Below are positions 35,963-45,986 of a DNA stretch of 64,000 nt, piece after piece. A program made the position numbers and the translations under genes. Origin of the DNA: an uncultured Chloroflexia bacterium (lineage in GTDB: Bacteria > Chloroflexota > Anaerolineae > CG2-30-64-16); the NCBI GenBank assembly GCA_963774265.1, contig CAVZDU010000001.1:1312001-1376000 (forward strand), read 5' to 3'. The notes under the pieces were generated by a model. That model saw only the letters and a list, made by a program, of their open reading frames with translations, was not told where the DNA came from and did no database searches. Every line of letters begins with the position of its first letter. Position 1 is the stretch's first letter.

Positions 35963-37738
35963 TTGATCCCCGTGCCATCCGCCGTTCAGATCCGTGAGCT
36001 TTACTACGCCTATCCGCCTCCATTGCCCGGCGCCGCACCGACTGAAGCCCTGGTTAATGTGTCGCTGGACATTCAAGCCGGTGAGTTTGTTGCACTGCTG
36101 GGCCGGGTAGGTGCGGGGAAGACCACACTGTGCCTGGCGCTGAACGGCCTCGCGCCTCATGCGACAGGCGGCATCTTTCGGGGCCAGGTGATCGTGGGCG
36201 GGCTAAACACCCGTGAACAACCGGTCACACGGATCGCACAGGCGGCCGGGCTGGTCTTCCAGGATCCCGAGACACAACTGACTCAGATGCGAGTCGAGGA
36301 TGAAATCGCGTTCGGTCCCGAAAACCTCGGCCTGCCGCGCGCCGAAATCGCAGAGCGCGTGACCTGGGCCTTAAGCGCGGTCGAACTCAACGACTATCGC
36401 GACCGCAATCCCTCGCGGTTGTCGGGGGGTGAAAAACAGCGCGTTGCCATCGCTGCCACGCTCGCCATGCGCCCACAGGTAATGGTGTTGGACGAGCCCA
36501 CGGCCAATCTTGACCCAGGGGGCAAGGCGGCAGTATTTTCCGTTCTTCTACGCCTTGCCAGGGAGCGAACCATCGCAATCCTGCTTGCGACGCAGGACCT
36601 TGAGCGAGTGCAGCGGTACGCTCAGCGCGTCCTGGTGTTGCACGATAAACGAATTGCCCTGGATGGCTCCCCGGAGGAAGTTTTCGGCCATGAGCGTGAG
36701 TTGAAAGCGTGGGGCATCGGCGTACCACAGATGACCGAATTGGCGCACGAGTTATCGGAGCGCATTGGCAAGTCGTTTTACTTCCCTTCTCTGAGCAGCG
36801 CCGTGCGAGGAATTCGTCACGCGATAGCTGAAGGCGATGTCTCGCTCCAAACGAACGCTGCCGTAGGGACGTTGCGCGAGGTAGAGACGTTGCAGGCCTT
36901 CGGGCGAACGTCTCTACACGCAGGGGCCGTCGATTCGCCACAGATTGCCGTCGAACGATTAGGCTTCACCTATCCTGATGGCACTGCTGCCCTTAGAGGT
37001 GTTGATCTGTCGATCCAGTCGGGCGAGTTCGTCGCGCTGGCCGGCCCAAATGGCTCGGGCAAGACGACGTTGGCGAAACACCTCAACGGTTTGCTCAAAC
37101 CATCTGCCGGGCGGGTCCTCATCGCCGGGCAAGATACCGCTGCGCTACGGGTGCCACAGTTGGCCCGCTCGGTCGGTTATTTGTTTCAAAATCCGGATCA
37201 TCAGATTTTTGCTCCTACCGTCAGCGAGGAGATCGCGTTTGGGCTTCGTCTGCAGGGACTTTCGGCGGGTGAGGTCGCGGAGCGCGTGGCCGACGCAATG
37301 GCGGCGCACGATCTGACCACCTGCGCGGGCCTCCCGCCAGCCACCCTCAGTCTTGGCCAGCGCCGTCAGGTCACACTGGCTGCAGTACTTGCAGCGCGGC
37401 CGAAGATCCTTGTGCTGGATGAGCCAACCGGCGGCCTGGATTGGCGCAGCCGGCACGCGCTCATGGCGCGGGTGCGCGCATTTAGCACAGCAGGGGGCAC
37501 CGTCATCCTCATCACGCATGATGTGCGTCTGATCGCTGAGCACGCTGGCCGCGTCGTTGTGATGTACGCGGGCCGCGTCTTGTATGATGGACCGCCTGTG
37601 GATTTGTTCGGCCAGCGGCAGGTGCTCGCGACGGCTCGCCTAACCGTCCCCCCCGTTGTGCGCCTGGCCCAGCGCCTGGCGCCCTTCGGCGTACCGCCGT
37701 CGGTGCGCACGGTGACGGAGCTGGCCGATGTCCTCTAA
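35963..37738 (+). CDS. ECF transporter fused double ATPase (A-A')
   Basis: Two Walker A motifs (GRVGAGKT, GPNGSGKT); VFQDPETQL and FQNPDHQIF; EIAFG; LDEPT. Confidence 0.88.
   Translation: MIPVPSAVQIRELYYAYPPPLPGAAPTEALVNVSLDIQAGEFVALLGRVGAGKTTLCLALNGLAPHATGGIFRGQVIVGGLNTREQPVTRIAQAAGLVFQDPETQLTQMRVEDEIAFGPENLGLPRAEIAERVTWALSAVELNDYRDRNPSRLSGGEKQRVAIAATLAMRPQVMVLDEPTANLDPGGKAAVFSVLLRLARERTIAILLATQDLERVQRYAQRVLVLHDKRIALDGSPEEVFGHERELKAWGIGVPQMTELAHELSERIGKSFYFPSLSSAVRGIRHAIAEGDVSLQTNAAVGTLREVETLQAFGRTSLHAGAVDSPQIAVERLGFTYPDGTAALRGVDLSIQSGEFVALAGPNGSGKTTLAKHLNGLLKPSAGRVLIAGQDTAALRVPQLARSVGYLFQNPDHQIFAPTVSEEIAFGLRLQGLSAGEVAERVADAMAAHDLTTCAGLPPATLSLGQRRQVTLAAVLAARPKILVLDEPTGGLDWRSRHALMARVRAFSTAGGTVILITHDVRLIAEHAGRVVVMYAGRVLYDGPPVDLFGQRQVLATARLTVPPVVRLAQRLAPFGVPPSVRTVTELADVL
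36863..36917. repeat. GTAG-type REP-like elements in the ATPase inter-domain linker, read in frame
   Basis: gtagggacgttgc (36863), then gtagagacgtt (36881) ... aacgtctctac (36907-36917), a perfect 11-bp inverted repeat. Confidence 0.7.
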
Positions 37739-38504
37739 CTACGACGTATACTTCCGCCGCAACACGTGGGTCTATAGCCTGGATCCTCGCGTTAAGTTTG
37801 CCTTTGTCTTTGTCCTGATCATCCTGACTCTTCTGTGGCCGAGCGTGTCGATGGCCTTGGGCGTCAGCTTCGTCGCGTTGGTGCTATTAGTGGTTGCACA
37901 GGCGCCGCGCGTCCGCATCGTCCACTTCCTGCGAGGTATTGTCGTTCTTTTGGCAGTGGTATTGGTGCTCACGGCCCTTTTTGCCGGGGACGCCGGTCCG
38001 CCCTGGGTCGTTTGGGGACCGTTACGCGTCACGCCACAGGGTTTTCACCAAGGTGCGCTTCTGACCTCCCGTCTCCTGGCACTGGGACTCGTATTTTTCT
38101 TTTGGCTCAGCACGACGGATCAAGGGGAGATGGTGCGTGGGTTTGTGGCGCTGGGGCTGCCGTATGATTGGGGACTGACCGTAGCGCTGGCCTTGCGTTA
38201 TCTGCCTATCCTGGCCGGCCTGTTCGAGCAGGTGCGTGAAGCGCAGGAGGCGCGCGGCCTGGACCTGGCACAACGCAGTTTTTTTGCCCGGCTCCAAGCT
38301 TACCGGCCGATTTTGATCGCTGTCGTGATCGGGGCCCTGCGACACGGTGAGCGTCTTGGCTGGGCGTTGGAGGCGCGGGCACTGGATGGTGGGGGAGCGC
38401 GGCGCACGGTTTTTCGGCCCCTGCGCCTTCACCGAGGCGACTATCTGGCTCTGGCCATCCTGTTTGCCATCCTCGTCGGCGCCGTCCTTTTGCGCTTGCT
38501 GTAA
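37728..38504 (+). CDS. ecfT: ECF transporter transmembrane T component
   Basis: LDPRVK, ALRYLP, AQEARG and ALEARA motifs. Confidence 0.88.
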   Translation: MSSNYDVYFRRNTWVYSLDPRVKFAFVFVLIILTLLWPSVSMALGVSFVALVLLVVAQAPRVRIVHFLRGIVVLLAVVLVLTALFAGDAGPPWVVWGPLRVTPQGFHQGALLTSRLLALGLVFFFWLSTTDQGEMVRGFVALGLPYDWGLTVALALRYLPILAGLFEQVREAQEARGLDLAQRSFFARLQAYRPILIAVVIGALRHGERLGWALEARALDGGGARRTVFRPLRLHRGDYLALAILFAILVGAVLLRLL

Positions 38505-38561
38505 CAGTGTATTGGAAGTCACTTAACGGCTCAGCACACGTGGTACACTTAAGTCACTTAT

Positions 38562-38611
38562 GGGCCGGGGTTAGGCAGGGCTGGCAGTGCCTAACTTCGG
38601 CCCGGTCTTTT
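38562..38611 (+). terminator. hairpin with U-tract after ecfT
   Basis: gggccggggttaggca/tgcctaacttcggccc followed by tctttt. Confidence 0.6.
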
Positions 38612-38624
38612 AAGCGTCCCGATT

Positions 38625-38653
38625 TTGCCTTGTGGCCGCGCCGGTGTTATAAT
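38625..38653 (+). promoter_or_regulatory. tRNA promoter
   Basis: TTGCCT-17 nt-TATAAT. Confidence 0.7.
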
Positions 38654-38665
38654 TTTGTTATGTAT

Positions 38666-38737
38666 GCCCCCATAGCTCAGTGGATAGAGCGCTAGCCTCC
38701 GGAGCTAGAAGCGTGGGTTCGAGTCCCGCTGGGGGTA
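38666..38737 (+). tRNA. tRNA-Arg (anticodon CCG), CCA not encoded
   Basis: Acceptor GCCCCCA/TGGGGGT; D-arm GCTC-AGTGGATA-GAGC; anticodon stem CTAGC-CTCCGGA-GCTAG; T-arm GTGGG-TTCGAGT-CCCGC. Confidence 0.96.
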
Positions 38738-38770
38738 CTTTTCCAGTCAAGACGCCCTTGATTTTGCAGG

Positions 38771-38803
38771 CGGCCCGGTCTTATCCACCGGGCCGTTTTT
38801 GTT
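38771..38803 (+). terminator. rho-independent terminator after the tRNA
   Basis: cggcccggt/accgggccg followed by tttttgttt. Confidence 0.8.
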
Positions 38804-38816
38804 TGGTCTCTCCAAG

Positions 38817-38845
38817 TTGACAGTCGTGTCTGCGTGCGGTATGGT
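38817..38845 (+). promoter_or_regulatory. promoter of the Ldh_2 operon
   Basis: TTGACA-17 nt-TATGGT. Confidence 0.55.
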
Positions 38846-38905
38846 CAGGTCAGGTCGACCTCTATCGGGTACTTCTCAGACAACAGCTTTAACAGGAGCA
38901 ACAAC

Positions 38906-39985
38906 GTGAAACCCTCAGGAACTCATTTCACGGTCAAGGTCGGAGACCTGACTGCCTTCTGTCTGGCCGCGCTGCGCCAGGTGGGGGTGAACGAGGCAGA
39001 TGCACAACTGACGGCCGATGCCTTGGTGACGACTGACACGTTGGGCACTTTCACCCACGGCACGCGACAGTTGCGCGGCCTGATCAAGAACGTGCGGGAT
39101 GGCCGCCTCAATCCAACGGCTGCGGAGACGATCGTGTCAGAGGGCCCCGCGTGGGCCATGCTGGATGCTCATCATGCGATGCCCCCGGCTGTGGCCTGCC
39201 GCGCGATGCAGCGGGCGATGACTAAGGCCCGTACGTGTGGCTTGGGATATGTAGGGGTGCAGCGCACCAGTCATTTTGGTGCGGCGGGCTACTATGCCCG
39301 ACTGGCGGCGGCTGAGGATATGCTGGGCCTGGCACTGTGCAACGTCGATCCGGTGATGACCGTCACAGGCGCAGCCGCCAAGGTCATCGGCACTAATCCG
39401 ATCGCCTGGGCCGCGCCGGCCGGTAAAGAGCGGATGGTCTTTCTGGACATTGCCACCAGCCGCGTGGCTGCCACAAAGGTGTTCGCCGCCAAGGCGTTAG
39501 GCAAATCAGTGCCCGATACGTGGTTGATCGACGCAAACGGTCTGCCTACCACTGATCCGAGCCGCTTTCCCGAGGAGGGTGCGCTTTTGCCGCTGGCCGA
39601 TTACAAGGGTTATGGGCTGGCGGTCCTGGTTGAGGTGTTGGGGGGTGTCTTGACCGGGGCGGCCCTGTTGAGCGGTGTGGTAAGTTGGGCCAACAACTCC
39701 CGCGAGAAGGTGAACCAGGGGCATGCCTTTATTGCGTTCGACATTGGCGCCATGATGCCGTTGGCCGAGTTCAAGGGGCGGATGGACAGTATGGTGCGCG
39801 AGCTGCGCGCTGCGCCGAAGGCGGCAGGGGCCAAGCGCGTCTATCTGCCCGGCGAAATGGAATGGGAACGCCGGGAAGCGGCGCTGACCGCGGGCATCCC
39901 GCTGCCTCCTGACGTGGCAGCCGGCCTGCGAGGGCTTGGGGAGGACCTTGGGCTGGCCCCAGAGGACTTCAATTTGAAGCTGTAA
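38906..39985 (+). CDS. Ldh_2-family oxidoreductase (malate/L-lactate/sulfolactate dehydrogenase-like)
   Basis: THG, SHFGAAGYY, GTNPIA, LDIATS, YKGYGL, LPGE; GTG start with AGGAG RBS. Confidence 0.88.
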   Translation: MKPSGTHFTVKVGDLTAFCLAALRQVGVNEADAQLTADALVTTDTLGTFTHGTRQLRGLIKNVRDGRLNPTAAETIVSEGPAWAMLDAHHAMPPAVACRAMQRAMTKARTCGLGYVGVQRTSHFGAAGYYARLAAAEDMLGLALCNVDPVMTVTGAAAKVIGTNPIAWAAPAGKERMVFLDIATSRVAATKVFAAKALGKSVPDTWLIDANGLPTTDPSRFPEEGALLPLADYKGYGLAVLVEVLGGVLTGAALLSGVVSWANNSREKVNQGHAFIAFDIGAMMPLAEFKGRMDSMVRELRAAPKAAGAKRVYLPGEMEWERREAALTAGIPLPPDVAAGLRGLGEDLGLAPEDFNLKL

Positions 39986-39995
39986 GGAGGAAGTT

Positions 39996-41039
39996 GTGAG
40001 CGGTGAGATTCGGGTTCGACACGACGCGCTGGTTGCCACGATTGCAGAGGTCCTGGCAGCCGAAGGTGTCCCGGAGCACGTCCGGGGCGTTGAGGCTGAG
40101 TTGATGGCGGAGGCCGACCTGCTGGGCGTGCCGTCTCACGGCATCCGTATGCTGCCGCTCATCGTCACGGGGATCCGAGATGGCCGTGCAAACCGCGATC
40201 CGCAACTGCGACTAGTGCGCGACCACGAGGCCGCGTGCGTGCTCGATGGCGACCGGGGTCTAGGACGTTACGTGTCGGTCAAGGGCATGGAACAGGCCAT
40301 GGCGCGCGCGCGGCGCTTCGGTGTTGGCCTCTGCGTGGCCAACCGTGTGACGCACTGGGGCCGTGCACATGCCTATGCCTACCGGGCTGCGCTGCAGGGA
40401 ATGATCGGCATCTGCACCACGAATGCCATTCCCAACATGACCGGGTGGGGCTCGAAGCAGCCAGTGGTGGGCAACAATCCCCTGGCAATCGGTGTGCCGC
40501 AGGGAGAAGGCCGTGATCCGCTTGTGCTTGACATTGCAATGAGCCAGGCGGCCGTGGGCAAGATCGGCACGTATCTGCGCGAGGGCAAGACTGTCCCGAG
40601 CGGCTGGGGGCTTGACGCCTCCGGGCAGCCCACCAGCGATCCTTCGGCGATCTTGAGTTCCGGGCTCGTTCTGCCGATGGGCGAGCACAAAGGTGCGGGC
40701 CTCGCTCTGATGATGGAGATCTTCACCGGCGCGTTGGCCGGCGGGCTGCTCAGTTACGAGGTGGGCCAGGCTGATTCGACCGGATTGGATCCGGAGGGCA
40801 GCAAATTTCTGCTCGCGATCGACGTCTCGAAGTTTGTCGAGCCGGAGCGCTTCACCGAGCGCGTGGGCGACTTGCTGAGGTCCGTCGCCCAGGGGGTCGG
40901 CTCTGATGGGGAATTCCTCTACCCGGGTCAGCGCGGTTGGCAAACCCGAGACCGCAACCTGGTGGAGGGTGTACCGATCCATAGTAAGATCGTCGAGCAG
41001 CTTGCAGGCATCGGTGTGACTCTGCCCTCTATCGAATAG
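39996..41039 (+). CDS. Ldh_2-family oxidoreductase (YiaK/DlgD-like)
   Basis: GVPSHG, THWGR, WGS..PVVGNNPL, LDIAMSQ, HKGAGL, YPG. Confidence 0.85.
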   Translation: MSGEIRVRHDALVATIAEVLAAEGVPEHVRGVEAELMAEADLLGVPSHGIRMLPLIVTGIRDGRANRDPQLRLVRDHEAACVLDGDRGLGRYVSVKGMEQAMARARRFGVGLCVANRVTHWGRAHAYAYRAALQGMIGICTTNAIPNMTGWGSKQPVVGNNPLAIGVPQGEGRDPLVLDIAMSQAAVGKIGTYLREGKTVPSGWGLDASGQPTSDPSAILSSGLVLPMGEHKGAGLALMMEIFTGALAGGLLSYEVGQADSTGLDPEGSKFLLAIDVSKFVEPERFTERVGDLLRSVAQGVGSDGEFLYPGQRGWQTRDRNLVEGVPIHSKIVEQLAGIGVTLPSIE

Positions 41040-41056
41040 ACCATCCCGGAGAGATC

Positions 41057-42049
41057 ATGAAGCGTGTTCCATTTGCAAGAACCGGGGAAACGGTGTCGGA
41101 GTTCTGCCTGGGCACCATGATGTTCGGCGCCCGATGCGATGAGATGGAGTCGGATCGGATTCTAAGCGCTGCCCTGGAGCGCGGGGTCAACTTTGTGGAC
41201 ACCGCGGCCATGTACGTGAACGGCGGCACAGAGGAGATCGTGGGCCGGCTGCTGCGCGGGCGGCGCGACAAGGTGTTCCTGACGACGAAGGTGCACAAAG
41301 GCCTGGAGCCGGGGGACATCCGCTCGAGCATCGATGAGAGCCTGGCGCGGCTGCAGATGGACTACGTCGACTTGTACCTGTTGCACTGGCCACTGAAGGG
41401 CATGCGTCCCGTCGAGATCATGGCTGCGCTGAACGAGGTGGTGCAGGCCGGCAAGGCGCGCTATGTGGGATGCTCCAATTTCCCCGCATGGTTGCTGGCC
41501 CACTGTAACGCGATTGCGGCCGAACATGGATGGCCCCTCTTGATCAACAACCAGGTAGCATACAATCTGTTCGAGCGGGGGATCGAGGTGGAAATCCTGC
41601 CCCAGGCCGTGGCCGAGGGCATCGCGATCACCGCGTACAGACCGATCGCGGAGGGCGTCCTGGCTGGCCGCTACCAGGTGGGCGGTCCGTTCCCGTCGGG
41701 TGCGCGCGGTGAGAACAGCGGGCCGGTTGTCACCTGGCTGGCGCAGCACGGCGATGGCATCGAGCGTTTCAACCGCTGCGCGGCTGAGCTGGGAGTGGCG
41801 CCGGCTGCGCTGGCGTTGGCATGGCTGCGCTATTCGCCGGGGGTCACTGCAATTATCGTCGGCTCGAGCAGACTCAGCCAACTGGACGACAACTTTGCCG
41901 GCTTCGAGTTCGACCTGACTGAGCGCCAGTACGATGAGGTCACCGCGCTCTTCGATACAGAAGTCAAAGAAGAGGGGTTGCAGCGATTCCCAGGCCGTAA
42001 AAATAACTTCCCGCGGTTGCGGCGCAATTTGCGGCTCCTGGAAGCCTAG
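41057..42049 (+). CDS. aldo/keto reductase
   Basis: LGTMMFG, DTAAMY, TK, DLYLLHWP, VGCSNF. Confidence 0.9.
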   Translation: MKRVPFARTGETVSEFCLGTMMFGARCDEMESDRILSAALERGVNFVDTAAMYVNGGTEEIVGRLLRGRRDKVFLTTKVHKGLEPGDIRSSIDESLARLQMDYVDLYLLHWPLKGMRPVEIMAALNEVVQAGKARYVGCSNFPAWLLAHCNAIAAEHGWPLLINNQVAYNLFERGIEVEILPQAVAEGIAITAYRPIAEGVLAGRYQVGGPFPSGARGENSGPVVTWLAQHGDGIERFNRCAAELGVAPAALALAWLRYSPGVTAIIVGSSRLSQLDDNFAGFEFDLTERQYDEVTALFDTEVKEEGLQRFPGRKNNFPRLRRNLRLLEA

Positions 42050-43026
42050 CCCCGGATCGCTCGCAGCACCTGATCGATCACCCACGTGGTGTGTGCCCCG
42101 GTTTCTCCCGTGCTGGGGCACACACCAACGCCGTTCAGCTCGTCAACGATCGTCTGAATCAGGGGCTGCTGCACGTGCGCGGGGTTTTCGATTGGAAGGG
42201 CCTGACTGCCCTCCGCCGTCTCAAGCGTGATCGGCTCCGCGTCAAAACTGGAGAAGACCACTTTGCCCCGAGTGCCCACGATTTCGGTTGCGTCACGATT
42301 GCCATAACTTGTGAAGTTCCACGCACCTGCCCCTAGCACGCCCGACGCGAACTCGAACGAAGCAGTGACGGTGTCCTCCGCCGGGTAGAAGCCCGCCAGA
42401 TTCCCCGCGTGTCCCTGCACCGAACGAATGGGCCCCAGCACATAGTCCAGGAAATCGAGGGTGTGCGAACCCATATCGACAAAGCGGCCGCCGCCGGAGA
42501 TTTCGGGCAATACGCGCCACGGCAGATTGGCCGGGTCGATGTCCTCCGGCACAGGCTTCTGCTGAAGCAGCACGGTCACAAAGCGGACTTCGCCGATCGC
42601 GCCCCTATCGATCAGCCCTTTGACCCTGAGAAACCGAGGCATGGCGCGGCGATAGTAGGCCACGAAGAGGGGAACGCCGGCCGCACGACATGCCGCGATC
42701 ATCTCCTCGCATTCTCCAATGTTGAGCGCCATCGGCTTTTCTACATACACCGGCTTGCCCGCCCGCGCGCATGCCAACACATACTCCTTGTGGGAAGACG
42801 GAGGGGTGGCGATGTAAACGGCATCCACCTCAGGGTCGGCAATCAAGGCGTCAGCCGCATCGTACCAGTGCGGCACGCCGTGCCGCCGTGCGTAGTCTTC
42901 GGCCAGCGCCGCGTTACGCCGCATTACAGCCGTCAGGGCTGAGTTGTGCGCTTTCTGGAAGCCGGGACCGCTCTTTACCTCGGTGACGTTCCCGCAACCG
43001 ACGATGCCCCATCGGATGGTTCGCAT
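42046..43026 (-). CDS. Gfo/Idh/MocA-family oxidoreductase
   Basis: WGIVGCG, YIATPP, VYVEKPMA, GGRFVDMGSH. Confidence 0.9.
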   Translation of the reverse strand: MRTIRWGIVGCGNVTEVKSGPGFQKAHNSALTAVMRRNAALAEDYARRHGVPHWYDAADALIADPEVDAVYIATPPSSHKEYVLACARAGKPVYVEKPMALNIGECEEMIAACRAAGVPLFVAYYRRAMPRFLRVKGLIDRGAIGEVRFVTVLLQQKPVPEDIDPANLPWRVLPEISGGGRFVDMGSHTLDFLDYVLGPIRSVQGHAGNLAGFYPAEDTVTASFEFASGVLGAGAWNFTSYGNRDATEIVGTRGKVVFSSFDAEPITLETAEGSQALPIENPAHVQQPLIQTIVDELNGVGVCPSTGETGAHTTWVIDQVLRAIRG

Positions 43027-43073
43027 ATGTCCTCCTCCGCGTTGGCGAAAGGCGCTTGGCGCAGACAGAGTAG

Positions 43074-43838
43074 TTAGTCAAGGGCGGCGGTAACAGTCTT
43101 GATGGCGGCAGTGGCGCCACCCTGCAGGAAACGGACGTCGCTGCCCATCACCACGAACCGAAAGCCTTGCTGCACGCGCAGCACAGCGAGATCGGGCGCG
43201 CCGATGTCGATACCGGGGATCCTGCCAGTGCTTTGACATGCCTGCACGACGCGTTCGAGCGCGCGTGCGTGCTCATCGTGCTGTGGTATCTCGCGCGGGT
43301 GAAAGCCTATCGAAAGCGCCAGATCCTGCGGACCGATCATGCAACCGTCTATCCCGGGCACTGCCAGAATCGCTTCGGCGTCCCTGACTGCCCGCGCACT
43401 TTCGATCTGGACTGCGACAAAGAGCTGATCGTTGATCCAGTCGGGGTAGTCTGCGCCATAGACCAAGGCGCGCCCCCAACCGAAGGAGCGTTCGCCTATC
43501 GGGGGATACCGGCACGCGGCTGCCATTGATCTCGCCTCTTCCACGGTGTCGACCATGGGTGCGATGATTCCGAGAACGCCCGCATCTAGCAGCCGCGCCA
43601 CAAGGTGGTACTGGTTGTTAAGCACGCGGGCCATCGGGGTGGCCGTGCCAGCACAGATGGAGGTCACGCCTGCGATCATCGAGTCGTCGCCCCAGGAGCC
43701 ATGCTGTGTGTCCAGCATGACGAAATCCGCGCCGCAATGGCTTAGGAATTCGGCCGCCACGGGCGAGCCCAACTTAGCGGAGAAACCGAGAGCTGGTTTG
43801 CCAGAGAGCATTTTCTGTTTGGCCGTATTGAACTTCAT
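43074..43838 (-). CDS. HpcH/HpaI-family class II aldolase
   Basis: DTQHG, ARV, LDAGVLGIIAPMV, YPPIGERS, QIES, GPQDL; ATGA overlap at the start. Confidence 0.88.
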   Translation of the reverse strand: MKFNTAKQKMLSGKPALGFSAKLGSPVAAEFLSHCGADFVMLDTQHGSWGDDSMIAGVTSICAGTATPMARVLNNQYHLVARLLDAGVLGIIAPMVDTVEEARSMAAACRYPPIGERSFGWGRALVYGADYPDWINDQLFVAVQIESARAVRDAEAILAVPGIDGCMIGPQDLALSIGFHPREIPQHDEHARALERVVQACQSTGRIPGIDIGAPDLAVLRVQQGFRFVVMGSDVRFLQGGATAAIKTVTAALD

Positions 43839-44870
43839 TGCTTCACTCCGGCTAGTTTCAGTTCTGCTGCACGATGGCAGGCGACAAAGTGGCCCGGTTC
43901 CAGTTCGGTGAGGCCGGGCGTTTGCTGCCGACAGATATCGACGGTGTATCGGCAGCGCGGGTTGAAATAACACCCGGGGGGCGGGTTTGACGGGTCAGCC
44001 ACGCTGCCCTCGAGCACGATGCGTTTCGAACGGAGCCGCGGGATCTGGCTTGGGCACGGCCGACAAGAGGGCCTCGGTGTAGGGGTGCTTAGGCGAGTGG
44101 AAGATGGCATCGGTCGGGGCCATTTCCGCGATGCGGCCCACGTACATGACCGCTACACGTTCGCTGATGTGCTTGACCACGCTCAGATCGTGGGCGACGA
44201 AGAGGTAGGTCAGTCCTAGCTCGTCCTGTAGCTCCAGCAGAAGGTTCAGGATCTGTGCCTGCACCGATACATCCAGTGCCGAGACCGGCTCATCGGCGAC
44301 CACCAACCGAGGACGCAGCGCAAGGGCGCGTGCGATGCCGATCCGCTGGCGTTGACCCCCGCTGAAGGCGTGCGGGAAGCGGCGCATATACTCGGGCCGT
44401 AAGCCCACCACTCTTAGCAACTCGGCCACACGTTCGGTCCGTTCTTCCCGATCCGTCACACCGTTGACCAGGAGCGGCTCCCCGACGATGTCCAGCAGCG
44501 TCATGCGCGGGTTCAGTGACGAGAACGGATCTTGGAAAATCATCTGCATTTCGCTGCGCAGCGGCTTTAGCTCTGCATCCGGCAACGTGGCCACGTCAAC
44601 CACTTTGCCGGCCTCCGTGTGGAAGAGGATTTGGCCGGCCGTGGGGTGAACTGCGCGCAGGATGCAGCGTGAAGTTGTGGTCTTGCCGCAGCCGCTCTCG
44701 CCCACCAGGGAGAAGGTCTCGCCATGGCGGATGAAGAAAGTAACATCATCCACGGCGCGAACGCTGCCAACGACACGCTGGAGGAAGCCCTTCCGAATGG
44801 GGAAGAACTTCTGGAGATTCTTCACCTCTAGGAGTCTGCTGGAATCTTCGGTCGCTTTCAAATTGACCAT
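43835..44870 (-). pseudogene. OppF-like ABC ATPase, frameshifted at 44040-44042
   Basis: [24 protein letters not shown]; removing one base from GATCCCGCGG joins the C-terminus PRLRSK...PPPGCYFNPRC. Confidence 0.82.
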
Positions 44871-44948
44871 ACCTCAAAGTCGTGGGCACACTGTGCCCGC
44901 GGTTCAGTGCACGTGACAGGTTCCACCACAGTTGACAACGTTACGTCT

Positions 44949-45986
44949 TCACGCCGGTTGTCCGTACAGGAAGCAGCTCGCCGACTGGCCGTTTCCCAGG
45001 TCAGCCAGCTCTGGCTCGCTGACCTCGCACACTCCACGGATTCGATCGGGACAGCGCGGGTGGAAGGGACAGCCGGTGGGCCGATTGTAGGGATGTGGGA
45101 TCGAACCGGTGATAGTGTGCAACTTGACGCGCGGGGTCATGTCGATGCTCGGGATGGAGCGCAGCAGCGCACGCGTGTACGGATGTTGCGGCCGATGGAA
45201 AATGTCATCCACCGCGCCAACCTCAACCACTCGGCCGAGGTACATCACCACAACGTGGTCGCACATCTCGGCAACCACACCCAGGTTGTGTGTGATCAAC
45301 ATGATCGCCATGCCGCGTTCTTCCTGCAGGCTACGCAGCAAGTCCAGGATTTGCGCCTGGGTGGTCACGTCGAGCGCGGTCGTCGGCTCGTCAGCGATCA
45401 GCAGCCGCGGGTTGCACGAAAGTGAGACGGCGATCATGGCCCGTTGGCGCAGCCCGCCGGAAAGCTGGAACGCGTATTCGTCGATGCGGCGCTCCGGTTT
45501 GGGGATGCCTACCTGGCGTAGCGCCTCAATCGCGTGCTCTCGCGCCTCTCTCTTGGAGACGTTCATGTGTAGCTGGACGGCCTCAATGATCTGGTTGCCG
45601 ACCGTGTGGACGGGGCTGAACGATGTCATCGGCTCCTGGAACACCAGCCCGATGTCGCGGCCGCGCAGGCCACGCATCTGACGGCCATCAGGATCAAGCC
45701 CAACCAGGTCAGTGGAGCGTCCGTCGGCATCGTACCAGTGAATCTCTCCGTTGACGATGCGGCCGGGCGGTTCGACGATGCGCAGGATGGAGCGTGCCGT
45801 GACGCTCTTACCGCAACCGGATTCTCCCACGATCCCCAGGGTTTGGCGCTGGGCGATGTCGAACGAAGCGCCATCAACGGCCTTGACGGTGCCTTCGTCC
45901 TGGAAGAAGTAGGTTTTCAGATCTCGAACCGACAGGAGCGGTGTGTTGTTATCTGGCATGGTGCGCCATCCATGGCGTGGCATCAT
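44949..45986 (-). CDS. OppD-like ABC ATPase
   Basis: GESGCGKS, FQEPMTSFSP, LSGGLRQR, DEPTTALDVTTQ, GCPFHPRC. Confidence 0.92.
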   Translation of the reverse strand: MMPRHGWRTMPDNNTPLLSVRDLKTYFFQDEGTVKAVDGASFDIAQRQTLGIVGESGCGKSVTARSILRIVEPPGRIVNGEIHWYDADGRSTDLVGLDPDGRQMRGLRGRDIGLVFQEPMTSFSPVHTVGNQIIEAVQLHMNVSKREAREHAIEALRQVGIPKPERRIDEYAFQLSGGLRQRAMIAVSLSCNPRLLIADEPTTALDVTTQAQILDLLRSLQEERGMAIMLITHNLGVVAEMCDHVVVMYLGRVVEVGAVDDIFHRPQHPYTRALLRSIPSIDMTPRVKLHTITGSIPHPYNRPTGCPFHPRCPDRIRGVCEVSEPELADLGNGQSASCFLYGQPA

